A program made the position numbers and the translations under genes. This document shows positions 38,742 through 48,441 of a stretch of 64,000 nt of DNA, piece after piece. The stretch covers positions 186,001-250,000 of the IMG/VR virus record IMGVR_UViG_3300038463_000730, one strand, 5' to 3'. The notes beneath the pieces are model-generated. The model made no database searches, was not told the origin of the DNA, and worked only from the letters and a program-made list of their open reading frames with translations. Each line of letters starts with the position of its first letter. Positions within the stretch are counted from its first letter, which is position 1.

Positions 38742-41700
38742 TCAATTGTCTTGCGGATCTTCATCGAATTCTATTAACCCGGCGTCAAATAGTTCGCTTT
38801 CAATATCGTTCGTTATCTCTTCCTGGGTAGCTGTTTTATCCAGTTCTTTCTCTTCTTTCGGGCCTTTGGGCTGGCGAAGATTGACCTTCTTTTTCTCCTT
38901 GAAATCTGCTGGAAGAGCCGGTGGGGGTGCGTAGGAAAAGATGTTTTCTAGGACCGCACCGGTATCATCTTCATAGATATTGATTGTCCCGTTGAAATGG
39001 ATACAGATCCCCTCCTCAAGTTTCTGTTTCCCTCCGCTGAACAACTTAATTCGCTCGTTTACGAGATCGAGCCCCTCGGGGAACATCGTCAATGACATCT
39101 GGTCGCCATAGACGTCCTCGATGGTCAGTTTCGCCATATCACGACCGAGATACTTTGATCCTTCCTTCTTCACCTTAAAAACGAAGATGCTTTTGATCTC
39201 CGCCTTCATGGAAGGAATCCGCTCCTTGTCGTTCATACTCTTCAGTGTCTTGACTCGGATCGATCCCTTGTCATCGAAGAATGGAACGAACGCATCCTTC
39301 TTTCCACAAGAGAATCCTTCGCCTGCCCAAAGCTTCTCCAGAGCGTACCGTTCGCTCAAGCTCCACTCGGGCTCATCCGGCCACGGATAATTCATTTCCG
39401 AAACGGCCGGGTTATTCTTCTTTAGCCACGAATCAAGCTTCTTTCGATAGTCTTCGCAGTAGAGATAGATCTGACGTCGTTTCAGACCGAACGAATCGAG
39501 ACAGCCGGTCGCTGCCAAGACCTTAATGGATTTGGAGTTCAGCTTCTTTTTCTCGCATCGAACCATGAAGTCGAAGAAGTTACGGAACGGGCGTTTGTCA
39601 ACAATCTCCTGGATCGCATCCTTACCAACGAATGCCATCGCGTTGAGACCAGTAACGATCGTCTTCGCATCTTTGATCGTGTAGCTGATATCAGAGTGGT
39701 TGATATCAGGCGGCATGATCACGATTCGCTGACGTCGAATCTCGGTCTTGATCTTCTCGATGTTGTTCTTGGCAGGTTTGGATTTCGAACGAATCTCAGA
39801 CTTCAAGTTCGCCAGCAAGAATTCGAGCGGATAATGCGCCTTCAAGTAGGCCGTGTAATAACTTGTCATCGAATACAGAATCGAGTGGGACAGATTGAAT
39901 CCGTACCCCTGAAACTTATCGACAACCTCATCCCAGATCTGGGTCGAGACCTTCGGGTCGATGTTCTTGTTCTTCTTGGCGTCATCGATGAAGTCTTGAC
40001 GCCACTTTGCTGCCTTCTTCGGGTTCTTGCCCTTCTCCTTGGTCAATTTACGAAGACGATCGGCCTCGTGCAGGGTCCACCCGGCCACGTCCTGAGCAAG
40101 ATACATCAAGCACTCTTCGTAGAGTCCGAATCCAAACGTTCCACCAAAGGCGCGTTGGAGCGAAGGATCCAATAGTTTGAAAGGCAGCCTTCCATCTTTC
40201 GTCTTAACATAATCTTCGCGTATGTCTCGTGCAGAAGGTCGAGCAAGCGAGTTGATAGCGCTAATATCTTCAATCGACTGTGGTTTTATCTTCTTGCACA
40301 GATCAATCGTTCCCGAGCTAGTACCGAGCTGAAAGACGCAGAATGTATCGCCTCGTGAAAGTAGGTCATAAGTCGCTTGATCATCTAACGGCACATCTAT
40401 CTGTGTAGGCGGGAGCGACTTGCCAGCTTTCGCAGCCAGATCAAAGGTCTCTTTGATGATGTCCAAGGTTTCCAACCCAAGGAAGTCCATCTTAACGAGA
40501 CCGTTTTCTTCGGCTCGGTCCTTATCATACTCAAGCGCAATTGTACCCTCTTTATCTCGACGTAACGGTACCAAACCAGCCAAGGGACGTTGAGAAATGA
40601 CGATCCCGGCCGCATGCGTGGCCCACGCCCGGTAATTGCCACAAATTGCTGAATACTTTTTAATCTTAGGGTACTTCTGCACGTAAGCAGCAAAGAGCCC
40701 AGACTTCTCAATAGCTTTGTCAAAGGTCTTTACATCTTTCGGGCTAGGAATCGAATTAGCAATGTCCTCACCGAGTTTGACCGATGCTTGCCTTGACCCA
40801 GCAAGCTCACAAGCGCGAGTAATGTCTTTCGCATAGACCTTCGGAGTGATGGTGTTGAGATTACTAACGTGCGCCACTTTGTCATCGCCATATTTGTTTC
40901 TCACGTAATCCAGAACTCGGTTACGACCATACGGAGCGAAGTCTGAGTCAATATCCGGGAAACTTGACTTCTCTTTGTTATGGAAACGTGCGAAGATTAG
41001 TTTGTACTGGATCGGATCGGCACGGTGGATATCCAGTAGATATCCAATGAGCGAACCGCCAACCGAGCCACGTCCCGGACCGGTCAAGATATTGTTCTTC
41101 CGAGCCCATTCAATGAAATCGGCAACAATCAGCATGTAACTGCTGAATCCGTGGTATTCGATAACATCAATCTCTTCTTTGAGACGAGCTTCGTATTCCG
41201 CACGACGCGAATCATTCGGCATCCGCTTGTAGGCGTCCTTCTCGCAAAGATAACGCATGTACAGCTTATCTTGCTCAAGAGAGCGCACAGAGTCATTCTG
41301 AGGCCTCGCGACCCATGCCTGAAACTCTTGGAAGTCCGCTTGGTCCTGAACCGGGAAAATCGGCAGTTCTTTTCCTGATGGGTTGGAATACTTCGGATCA
41401 ATCCAGACCGGTTCCTCACACAGGTTGGCGAAGTGTACCGTGTTGTCGATCCAGCCCTCAACCTCGCCTTCGTATTTGCGATTGAAGAATGCCAGGATGT
41501 CATCTGCTGAGTGTAGATACAGATCCGATATTTCGTACTTTAGTCGCGCATTCGAGTATTGCGGTTGCCCGGCCCCAATTGCAAGCATCGCATCATGCGT
41601 ATCAGCATCCTCCTTGTGGAGGTAGTGCGCATTTGATGTCGGTACAATACGTACGCCATGCTTCTTAGCAAGTCGTATAGTATGAGCATTGGTGAAGTCC

Positions 41701-42272
41701 TGATCGATCGAATCGTTGTAGTTAGATGCAAACCTACGCAGATTGTTCGGTTGGATTTCTAGCCCAAAATTGTCTCCAAAAATCCCCACCAACTTTTTGA
41801 TCGTTTCCTCGGCCTCGACGAACTTCTTGTTGTTCAACAATTGCGCCACGATCCCGCCTCCACAAGCGGTCAGGCAGATTACTCCATCGGAGTGCTGCTC
41901 CATCAGCTTCCAGTCGATGATCGGATAGACACGCTTTCCGTACGTGCTAACTCCGTGATCGAACCCGGCACGGTTCAGGAGGAGGAGATTCCTATAACCA
42001 ACCGAATTCTTAGCAAGGAGAATGACATGACGAATCTTGTCTTCGGACTTTGACGCATCGTTGACAAAATAATACTCACACCCCACGATAAACTTGACGC
42101 CCACCTCTTTAGCAGCCTTGGCGGCATCCCAAACCGCAGAGAAAGTACCATGGTCCGTAATGGCAAGTGCCGGTTGGCCGAGTTCTTTCGCACGAGTAAA
42201 CAACTCCTTCGGAGTGGGCATGGCGTCAAGCATCGAGAAGTTTGAGTGATTGTGAAGCGAGACGTATTTCAT
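38742..42272 (-). CDS. dnaE: DNA polymerase III alpha subunit, no intein
   Basis: SLHNHSNFSMLD (PHP), GPGRGSVGGS, PDIDSDF, KMDFLGL, YGFNLSH. Confidence 0.97.
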   Translation of the reverse strand: MKYVSLHNHSNFSMLDAMPTPKELFTRAKELGQPALAITDHGTFSAVWDAAKAAKEVGVKFIVGCEYYFVNDASKSEDKIRHVILLAKNSVGYRNLLLLNRAGFDHGVSTYGKRVYPIIDWKLMEQHSDGVICLTACGGGIVAQLLNNKKFVEAEETIKKLVGIFGDNFGLEIQPNNLRRFASNYNDSIDQDFTNAHTIRLAKKHGVRIVPTSNAHYLHKEDADTHDAMLAIGAGQPQYSNARLKYEISDLYLHSADDILAFFNRKYEGEVEGWIDNTVHFANLCEEPVWIDPKYSNPSGKELPIFPVQDQADFQEFQAWVARPQNDSVRSLEQDKLYMRYLCEKDAYKRMPNDSRRAEYEARLKEEIDVIEYHGFSSYMLIVADFIEWARKNNILTGPGRGSVGGSLIGYLLDIHRADPIQYKLIFARFHNKEKSSFPDIDSDFAPYGRNRVLDYVRNKYGDDKVAHVSNLNTITPKVYAKDITRACELAGSRQASVKLGEDIANSIPSPKDVKTFDKAIEKSGLFAAYVQKYPKIKKYSAICGNYRAWATHAAGIVISQRPLAGLVPLRRDKEGTIALEYDKDRAEENGLVKMDFLGLETLDIIKETFDLAAKAGKSLPPTQIDVPLDDQATYDLLSRGDTFCVFQLGTSSGTIDLCKKIKPQSIEDISAINSLARPSARDIREDYVKTKDGRLPFKLLDPSLQRAFGGTFGFGLYEECLMYLAQDVAGWTLHEADRLRKLTKEKGKNPKKAAKWRQDFIDDAKKNKNIDPKVSTQIWDEVVDKFQGYGFNLSHSILYSMTSYYTAYLKAHYPLEFLLANLKSEIRSKSKPAKNNIEKIKTEIRRQRIVIMPPDINHSDISYTIKDAKTIVTGLNAMAFVGKDAIQEIVDKRPFRNFFDFMVRCEKKKLNSKSIKVLAATGCLDSFGLKRRQIYLYCEDYRKKLDSWLKKNNPAVSEMNYPWPDEPEWSLSERYALEKLWAGEGFSCGKKDAFVPFFDDKGSIRVKTLKSMNDKERIPSMKAEIKSIFVFKVKKEGSKYLGRDMAKLTIEDVYGDQMSLTMFPEGLDLVNERIKLFSGGKQKLEEGICIHFNGTINIYEDDTGAVLENIFSYAPPPALPADFKEKKKVNLRQPKGPKEEKELDKTATQEEITNDIESELFDAGLIEFDEDPQDN

Positions 42273-42874
42273 CGACGATCCTTTTTTATCCTGATCAAAT
42301 CTTCCAGATGCCGGAACATTTTCTTCCAGAAACGAACTTGGTGTTTTGAACCTAAGATAGCCTGTTTTATTCCATGGTAATCAAGCTGTTTGAATTGAGC
42401 AATAGATTTGGCTACCGCACTAATTACTACCCAATGTTCTTTAACCAATTGGTCTGTTTCACGATCAAGACGCTTGCGTAGACGCAAGCGAGCGTCTGAC
42501 TTAGCGTAGCGCTTACGTACTATCGCTCGATACGCTTCGAAATCATTCTTCGCTGTCAGCCTTAGCGACCGCGGAACCTTTTCTCCCACCAGCGTCTCGA
42601 AAAACCTCTTCTCGCTCGCATGGCCCGCGAGAAACATTCGCAAACGGCCATGTAACAAGAATAACTCAGGGCCCCGAGGTTTGAGACCCGAAGAGGGAAA
42701 CGTGGGAACAGAAGTAACTGTTTCACCGGCTATGTATCCTTTTCCAAAGATCGACACCTTCAACGGATGAATCAAAGCAAGAATTGACAGGACGACATGC
42801 CCGGCCTCGTGGTGCGAGGACATCAATGCTTCTGAGTCGTTACGATCAAACCAATCACACTTTGGTAGCCTCAT
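42269..42874 (-). CDS. Stand-alone peptidase M41 (FtsH-like) domain protein
   Basis: HHEAGHVV, LAGHASE, NDF, HW..I.AVA. Confidence 0.7.
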   Translation of the reverse strand: MRLPKCDWFDRNDSEALMSSHHEAGHVVLSILALIHPLKVSIFGKGYIAGETVTSVPTFPSSGLKPRGPELFLLHGRLRMFLAGHASEKRFFETLVGEKVPRSLRLTAKNDFEAYRAIVRKRYAKSDARLRLRKRLDRETDQLVKEHWVVISAVAKSIAQFKQLDYHGIKQAILGSKHQVRFWKKMFRHLEDLIRIKKDRR

Positions 42875-43151
42875 ACAACTGAGTGAGAACGGCTTCGAAG
42901 CCGGTCGTCATGTCTTCACACTTAGGTGTTTTACACTTCAGATCAAACGTTGCGCTACCGAATTTGCCAGAGACGATTATGTTATTGTTTTCGGCGTAAA
43001 ACATTCCTACTTTGTAGTACGGTCTCGAAACAGAAAAACCCGCGCCCTCGAATTGTGTTATCGATTCTTTCTTGAGTGAGAAAGACAAACGATAAACGGT
43101 AGAGAAACTACCACAACAAGCCGGGACGCGGGTTTTCACAAAAGCATTCAC
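42855..43151 (-). CDS. Hypothetical Cys-containing protein
   Basis: GTG start directly after the upstream stop. Confidence 0.5.
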   Translation of the reverse strand: MNAFVKTRVPACCGSFSTVYRLSFSLKKESITQFEGAGFSVSRPYYKVGMFYAENNNIIVSGKFGSATFDLKCKTPKCEDMTTGFEAVLTQLYEATKV

Positions 43152-43292
43152 TCAGTATCTATATCCACACGTATAGCATTCGCACGTATAGCATTCACCA
43201 CCCATTCCAGGCATCTTTGGATCTAAAAATAAGCCCCAACGATGACCTCGTAACCAACATAATAGTTTGGTTAACGGTGGCAAATTCCACAT
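43152..43292 (-). CDS. 46-aa C-x3-GH-x-W...CxxC microprotein (DUF1660-like); not in the ORF track
   Basis: MWNLPPLTKLLCWLRGHRWGLFLDPKMPGMGGECYTCECYTCGYRY. Confidence 0.65.
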   Translation of the reverse strand: MWNLPPLTKLLCWLRGHRWGLFLDPKMPGMGGECYTCECYTCGYRY

Positions 43293-43402
43293 ACCGGTAC
43301 CCAACGTTCGCCTTCCCACATTAAGACTTCCAGTCGTTTAATACGATGGTGGCGTAGGAAACAAGCGAACCTGCGGTAGAACCATCGAGCACGCCAATTC
43401 AT
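43271..43402 (-). CDS. 43-aa C-x3-HH...CxxC microprotein; not in the ORF track
   Basis: MNWRARWFYRRFACFLRHHRIKRLEVLMWEGERWVPVCGICHR; ATGA overlap with the upstream ORF. Confidence 0.6.
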   Translation of the reverse strand: MNWRARWFYRRFACFLRHHRIKRLEVLMWEGERWVPVCGICHR

Positions 43403-43557
43403 TGCACTCGTCTACCGCAGATTTTACAGGTGATTACCACCTCATTAAGTTTTCGAGGTGGGAAATCGGGTGGCCCGGTCCAGAACATATTCCAGACATG
43501 GCCACGTAATAGGCACCATACTTCTCGAAAGTAATTACTTCGAGATGTCCACACCAC
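43399..43557 (-). CDS. ~52-aa C-x3-GH-x-W...CxxC microprotein (DUF1660-like)
   Basis: ..EVWCLLRGHVWNMF...CKICGRRVQ; GTG start near 43554-43557. Confidence 0.6.
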   Translation of the reverse strand: MVWTSRSNYFREVWCLLRGHVWNMFWTGPPDFPPRKLNEVVITCKICGRRVQ

Positions 43558-43822
43558 GGCTCTCAAGAGCATAAAAGCAATAGGCAATCTTCGCCTTCTC
43601 AATCGCCGCGGATTCCTTGTACGGCAATCCCAATCCCTTCGCCTCTTCCACAGCCTTGGTCAGCGCCTCGTCTTCCTCCTTGGCTCTTTCGATCTCAACC
43701 AAATGCCCGTGAGATTGAAAGACCTTTTTCTTAATTTCCTCAGTATCCATTGAGTCAATCGACTCGCTCCAACCCTGAGGAAGAATCTTCTCTTTGCTTT
43801 TCGGAAACGCCTTATCACTCAT
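43535..43822 (-). CDS. Small coiled-coil hypothetical protein
   Basis: AAGGA RBS; overlaps the trigger-factor stop. Confidence 0.6.
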   Translation of the reverse strand: MSDKAFPKSKEKILPQGWSESIDSMDTEEIKKKVFQSHGHLVEIERAKEEDEALTKAVEEAKGLGLPYKESAAIEKAKIAYCFYALESRGVDISK

Positions 43823-45146
43823 GTGTATGTCCTTCGTGTCCTGTATGACCGTGGTCTTTGTGTTCGTGACTATGTTCGTGATTTATGTGGTCAACTAGTT
43901 TGCAAGTTGTCACCAACCAGTTGAGAACGCGCTCGTCGCGTATTCTTCCAAGCAATACCGGCAAGCTCCCACTCTTCTGGAGATCCTGGAACGCCTTCTC
44001 GACATCCCCACTCTTGCCGTTCCGGGCTTGCATTTGAGCCAAGTGAAACCGGACCAATTGAAAAGCCTCTTCATCCGAAAGCTGTGCCTCTGGCTCGACT
44101 TCACGGATCTTTTCCAGAACCAACGAAAGTTTGATGCTTTTCTTCGCTTCATTCAGGAACGATTCTTTTTCCTCGTCCGTGAGCTTGTCCCATTCTTTTT
44201 TCGCCATCTTTGATTTGATTTGAGCTTCAGATGACAACAACCAATCCGGAATGGGAATGTCGTGTCCCTCAACCAACCGATGGGACACCTGAACACTGAC
44301 CAGCGAATTTCGGTGCTCGTCAACGCGCGTCGTCGCTACTTGCGCGACGTGCGTACGTAGGTCGTCCAAGTCCTTCATGTTCAGGCGTTTGGCCAACTCG
44401 TCATCCAAGGCGGCTGGAGTCGTTCGCGAGCCCATACAGACCTCGGCCTTGAAGTGGATCGTTTTCCCTTTGAATTCCTCCGAAACATTCGGAGGTGTGA
44501 CGTAATCAAATTCGCGTACGTCACCCATCTTCATTCCAAGAAGATTGTCGTCGAATCCCGGTAGTGGAGATTTTCCGACGTGAACAACCTCTTTCTTTGC
44601 GGTCAGATCCTTGCGAGCAACTCCATCAATCGTTCCTTCGTAATCCAGGAGAATCGAGTCCCCGACCTGAACGAAATCATCATCTGTAAAAGGAACCGAA
44701 TCACCATTCCGCTCGCGCAAATCCTGCAAGATTTTCTCGCTGAATTGGCTAATTGAAATCGGCTCGGCCGGGCGGGGAATTTCGAAATCGCGATACTTAT
44801 TCAATACGACGGTTGGTTTGACTCGCATTGTGAATTCACAAGTGAATTTGGAATCCGTCAGATTCAACATCGAAAACTCCGGCATCCCGAGAGCTTTCAT
44901 GTTGCGATCATTTAGAACACCAATAAACGCTTCCTCAGCCAATACCTCGCGAAGTCGATTTTCGATCTGCTTCTTGTATCGAATCTTAATAGCGTCAAGC
45001 GACGCTTTCCCAGGACGAAAGCCAGGGACGTTAACGCCTTTAAATTCAGCCAGTACCTCAGTTCGCTTAGAGACAATCTTCTCAAGATCAGCCTCGGCAT
45101 GAACCGAAACTTTGCAGTACTCCACTTCATTGACAGCGAATTCCAT
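43815..45146 (-). CDS. tig: Trigger factor with His-rich C-terminal tail
   Basis: VPGFRPGKA ribosome-binding signature; FKBP domain (GD..LDYEG.IDG..LPGFDDNLLGMK.G); LDDELAK; start ATG 45146 behind GAGG. Confidence 0.92.
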   Translation of the reverse strand: MEFAVNEVEYCKVSVHAEADLEKIVSKRTEVLAEFKGVNVPGFRPGKASLDAIKIRYKKQIENRLREVLAEEAFIGVLNDRNMKALGMPEFSMLNLTDSKFTCEFTMRVKPTVVLNKYRDFEIPRPAEPISISQFSEKILQDLRERNGDSVPFTDDDFVQVGDSILLDYEGTIDGVARKDLTAKKEVVHVGKSPLPGFDDNLLGMKMGDVREFDYVTPPNVSEEFKGKTIHFKAEVCMGSRTTPAALDDELAKRLNMKDLDDLRTHVAQVATTRVDEHRNSLVSVQVSHRLVEGHDIPIPDWLLSSEAQIKSKMAKKEWDKLTDEEKESFLNEAKKSIKLSLVLEKIREVEPEAQLSDEEAFQLVRFHLAQMQARNGKSGDVEKAFQDLQKSGSLPVLLGRIRDERVLNWLVTTCKLVDHINHEHSHEHKDHGHTGHEGHTHE

Positions 45147-45174
45147 TCTTAACCTCTTCGTTCCATATATCGAG

Positions 45175-45996
45175 TTACCAACTAACAGGTCCGTGATAAC
45201 TATCACGGTAGACGAATTTCCGTCCTTCGTCACAGCTCTCTAAATAATCGCAGTACTTACAAAGCGGAGTCGGATTCGCACGATAGAGTTTCTCAGACTC
45301 AATATCGTCAGCATATTTGATCAGTTTCTTTTCGACATCGAGAATTTGTTTGACATCAAACTCTTGCGTAATATATTCCCAATCGTGGCGAATCAAAATG
45401 TACGAACCGCGAACCTTCTTGATCGTCGGGTCCTCAAGAAGAAGTACATAAGCATACGTCAACAACTGGAACATATCCTTCAGATAACGCTTGTCCTTAG
45501 TTGTCTTGTAATCGCAGACGTGCAAGATGCCATCCGGGTCTAACTGAATACGGTCGATAAAACCAATTAATGTTAATCTGTTTTGCACTGGCAACTCGAA
45601 CGCCTTCTCAACCGAAAGAATCGTAGCTCCGGTCTTCGGATCGGTCTGCCCCGGCGTCGCAAACGGTTGTTGACCGACTTTCTCTAGATAGAGAGAAAGA
45701 GCGGCAAACGCTTCCTTCTTTTGCTCGCGAGATAGCTTGTCTTTAAACTCCTCAACGGCAAGCTTAAAAGCTGCTTGCATCTCCTCGTGGCGATGCTTGG
45801 TCGAGCCATCTAGATAGAACTTATGAAAAGCTTCTAGCGCCCGATGGACGAATTTACCGTAGGTAAGGTGATCCCAATCTTTCTTCGGGAGGCGATCGAT
45901 GTAGTTGAACTTGAACTTCTTCTTGCAGTCTTGAAAGGTTTTCGACTTCGAAACGCTCAGTTTAAGAAGGGCTTCTGGCTTAATTAGCTCTGACAT
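45175..45996 (-). CDS. PD-(D/E)XK RecB/Cas4-like exonuclease
   Basis: S.SK..F..C, G..VH..LE, GFIDRI, DYKT, QL..Y, CKYCDY..C. Confidence 0.85.
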   Translation of the reverse strand: MSELIKPEALLKLSVSKSKTFQDCKKKFKFNYIDRLPKKDWDHLTYGKFVHRALEAFHKFYLDGSTKHRHEEMQAAFKLAVEEFKDKLSREQKKEAFAALSLYLEKVGQQPFATPGQTDPKTGATILSVEKAFELPVQNRLTLIGFIDRIQLDPDGILHVCDYKTTKDKRYLKDMFQLLTYAYVLLLEDPTIKKVRGSYILIRHDWEYITQEFDVKQILDVEKKLIKYADDIESEKLYRANPTPLCKYCDYLESCDEGRKFVYRDSYHGPVSW

Positions 45997-46037
45997 AACA
46001 TGTTAATTCTCTTAAGGCTGATCTATCGTCATTTTAG

Positions 46038-46379
46038 TTAGGCCATATTCCGTAGTATTGTCCACTTTTCAAACCAATACAGCATTCTCTGCTCTACCAA
46101 CGATTCCGGACTCCCGAGATTGACCAGACGACAAAACATGTCTTCAATCGAAGAATCATCAAGAGGATGTCCCGGATCGAACTCCTTCTTCATGAAGTGA
46201 TCGATCAACGCAACTCGCCTGCTACGTAATGATGTTCGTCTCATACCCCGGATCACCAGGCAGTTTGGCGACTCGACAGGTTCCGAACCGTTTAGAATAG
46301 GACGCGACGTGACCACAAGTGCCATGGTGTATTTTCTATACGTGACATGAACATCGTGCTTTTCATCTTCTTGCTCCAT
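46038..46379 (-). CDS. Hypothetical protein
   Basis: Minus-strand ORF. Confidence 0.45.
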   Translation of the reverse strand: MEQEDEKHDVHVTYRKYTMALVVTSRPILNGSEPVESPNCLVIRGMRRTSLRSRRVALIDHFMKKEFDPGHPLDDSSIEDMFCRLVNLGSPESLVEQRMLYWFEKWTILRNMA

Positions 46380-47019
46380 CTTGAATGTTTTGTTTAGCCG
46401 ATAAAGGTCTTAGATTTGAGAGAGCCCAGCACCGCTTGAACTCGTCATCCTCCATTGATGTGTATTTGAATTTGCTGTGCGGGACGATATGATCGATATG
46501 CCAAGACCACGTGTTCGAATCGTCATCGTTCCACGTGTTAATTCGATATGGCCCATAATTCGCCCAACTCATCCATGGCTCAAACTGGTTTTCTAAATGT
46601 TTCTTCAACTCATCTAATGCATACGGCAGATACTTCGATACTGAACGATTTTGTTTTTTGATCACAGCCGATATGGCGGTCGATACCACGCACTTTAAAT
46701 GAAAAACAATATCTTCCTTGCGACGTCTGTATATGCTTTTCTTGACCCGCGCTTTTACGTAGTCCTTATTCTCAAGATAATAGTTGTGTTGATACTCGGC
46801 CGCCTCTACCTTGTGCGCCGAAGCATAGGTACGCTGTTTCGCCGCCAATTCATTTCTGTTGGCCTGCTTAAATTGTTGTTCGTTCTTTCGAATCCTTGGA
46901 CGATCACATTGTTTACACGTTTTAGCTTTGTACTTACGAGCCTCACCGTCTTTGGTCGTGTAATAACAAAACCCAAAATCATTCTCATCTTTATCTTCGT
47001 CACACTTCTTGCATTTCAT
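46363..47019 (-). mobile_element. HNH-type putative homing endonuclease
   Basis: N-terminal CxxC..CxxC; HLENQFEPWMSWANYG..WHIDHIVP..NLRPL..N; start ATG 47019 behind GGAG. Confidence 0.82.
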
Positions 47020-47062
47020 CTGGTCTCCATAGTTGCCATTTGAAATGCGAAAATATGCCGAT

Positions 47063-48076
47063 TTAGAAAAGAACTCTGCGTGAGAAGAGGTGCCATTGAA
47101 ACACCTTACCGATACCCGTTCCACGACCGAAGACCATCGAATAAAGCTCTCCGGCATTCGGATCGCGATTTACATACGGTTGTTTCGAAATAATCCAGCG
47201 GTTCACGCTGTTATCGTAGAAATAATATGTCACGGTGTTATCCGATGAATTATATCCGGCTCGTACAAACGAGCCCATCGTTGTCGGTCCGTTCGGCGCT
47301 ACGTTCGATAGTAACGAACCATCACGCACGATTTCCGGGTTCTCCAAAGAGAAAAACTCTCGGTTTATCATCGGCGCAAGGCTGTTCGCGGGATTATCCG
47401 TCGTCGCATCCTGGAAGATTACCAATGCGCGCGGATTGAATAGAGCATTGTTCGCTTTGACCGTGCTCTCCGGGCCATAGGCCGGAGATGGAATTTTGTC
47501 AATGACGACTGGTAACGTTCCAATGCCTGGACCAGTCTCACCTTCTTGGTTCGTCGTCGATTTGATCAAATCATACTTCTCTAGAGGAAGTCTCGTTCCA
47601 GCATTCGGTTTTCCAAACGCATCGAAACCCGTTCCCCTGATCGGTACACCGGCAGGTTGGGTTGTAATGCCGGAATGGGACGGATTGATATACTTTCCGT
47701 TGTGCGCAGGCGTTCCCTGCCCAGATCCGAATGGCCCAAGATCCTTGCCCTGATCGCCTTGACCAACAACAGCGGCATGAGGAAGGCGGGCTCCGATCAG
47801 ATCAGGTCCGTACGTTTGGCAAATCACAGGTGATATATCTAGGCCGTTTGTAGCGAATACCTTCAGTACCACTGACGGTAAATCTGTAGGCATCGTGATA
47901 GGCAACGCATATACAGAGGAGCTGGTCGTAGGTTCTGAACCATCCAATGTGTAGAAAATCGTCGAAGGAATATTTGTCGTGAGAGTAACAAACTGCGGAA
48001 TCCCTTCATCTGTAGGTTGTCTCAATCCAGCCACAACATTAGCTGATTTCAAAATTGTAATGCAAATAACGCCCAT
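47063..48076 (-). CDS. Protein with an N-terminal chitobiase/beta-hexosaminidase C-terminal (Fn3-associated) Ig-like domain; probable virion protein
   Basis: VTL..NIPSTIFYTLDGSEPT..S.VY..PI....LKVFA. Confidence 0.7.
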   Translation of the reverse strand: MGVICITILKSANVVAGLRQPTDEGIPQFVTLTTNIPSTIFYTLDGSEPTTSSSVYALPITMPTDLPSVVLKVFATNGLDISPVICQTYGPDLIGARLPHAAVVGQGDQGKDLGPFGSGQGTPAHNGKYINPSHSGITTQPAGVPIRGTGFDAFGKPNAGTRLPLEKYDLIKSTTNQEGETGPGIGTLPVVIDKIPSPAYGPESTVKANNALFNPRALVIFQDATTDNPANSLAPMINREFFSLENPEIVRDGSLLSNVAPNGPTTMGSFVRAGYNSSDNTVTYYFYDNSVNRWIISKQPYVNRDPNAGELYSMVFGRGTGIGKVFQWHLFSRRVLF

Positions 48077-48081
48077 TTTAC

Positions 48082-48399
48082 CTACTCAACAAGATTAAGA
48101 TACCGATTGTTCTTTTCTACTATTTTCTGCTTCAGTAGCGCCCTGTATACTTTGTGTGCGGCTCTTCTGCACAGAATAGCTATCTCTAAATATACCGATT
48201 CATTCTCTCTTCTGTAAAAGAGAATGAATTTCTCGTAGAGGTCCATTAGCTTGTGATCCGGATACTTATCGGCTTTCGCCTCCGGGGTCTCAAGCTGAAT
48301 AACCATTTCGAAAATAGCAGAGGACAGAAGGAATCTATAGAATTTTTCTTTTCCAACGGTCGTGTACTTCAGAACAAATTCTTGTTTGATATTTGACAT
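48082..48399 (-). CDS. Hypothetical protein
   Basis: GAGGAGG upstream. Confidence 0.55.
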   Translation of the reverse strand: MSNIKQEFVLKYTTVGKEKFYRFLLSSAIFEMVIQLETPEAKADKYPDHKLMDLYEKFILFYRRENESVYLEIAILCRRAAHKVYRALLKQKIVEKNNRYLNLVE

Positions 48400-48441
48400 T
48401 CCTCCTCATTAATATGAGGACTTAATGAGTACAATGCCAAT

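Noticed and set aside
43168-43196. 14-bp direct repeat as an operator or att site
   Set aside because: It is an in-frame 15-nt-period duplication inside a microprotein ORF (ECYTC twice)
45175-45996. Cas4-like nuclease as part of a CRISPR system
   Set aside because: No repeat-spacer array or other cas genes in the window; stand-alone phage exonuclease
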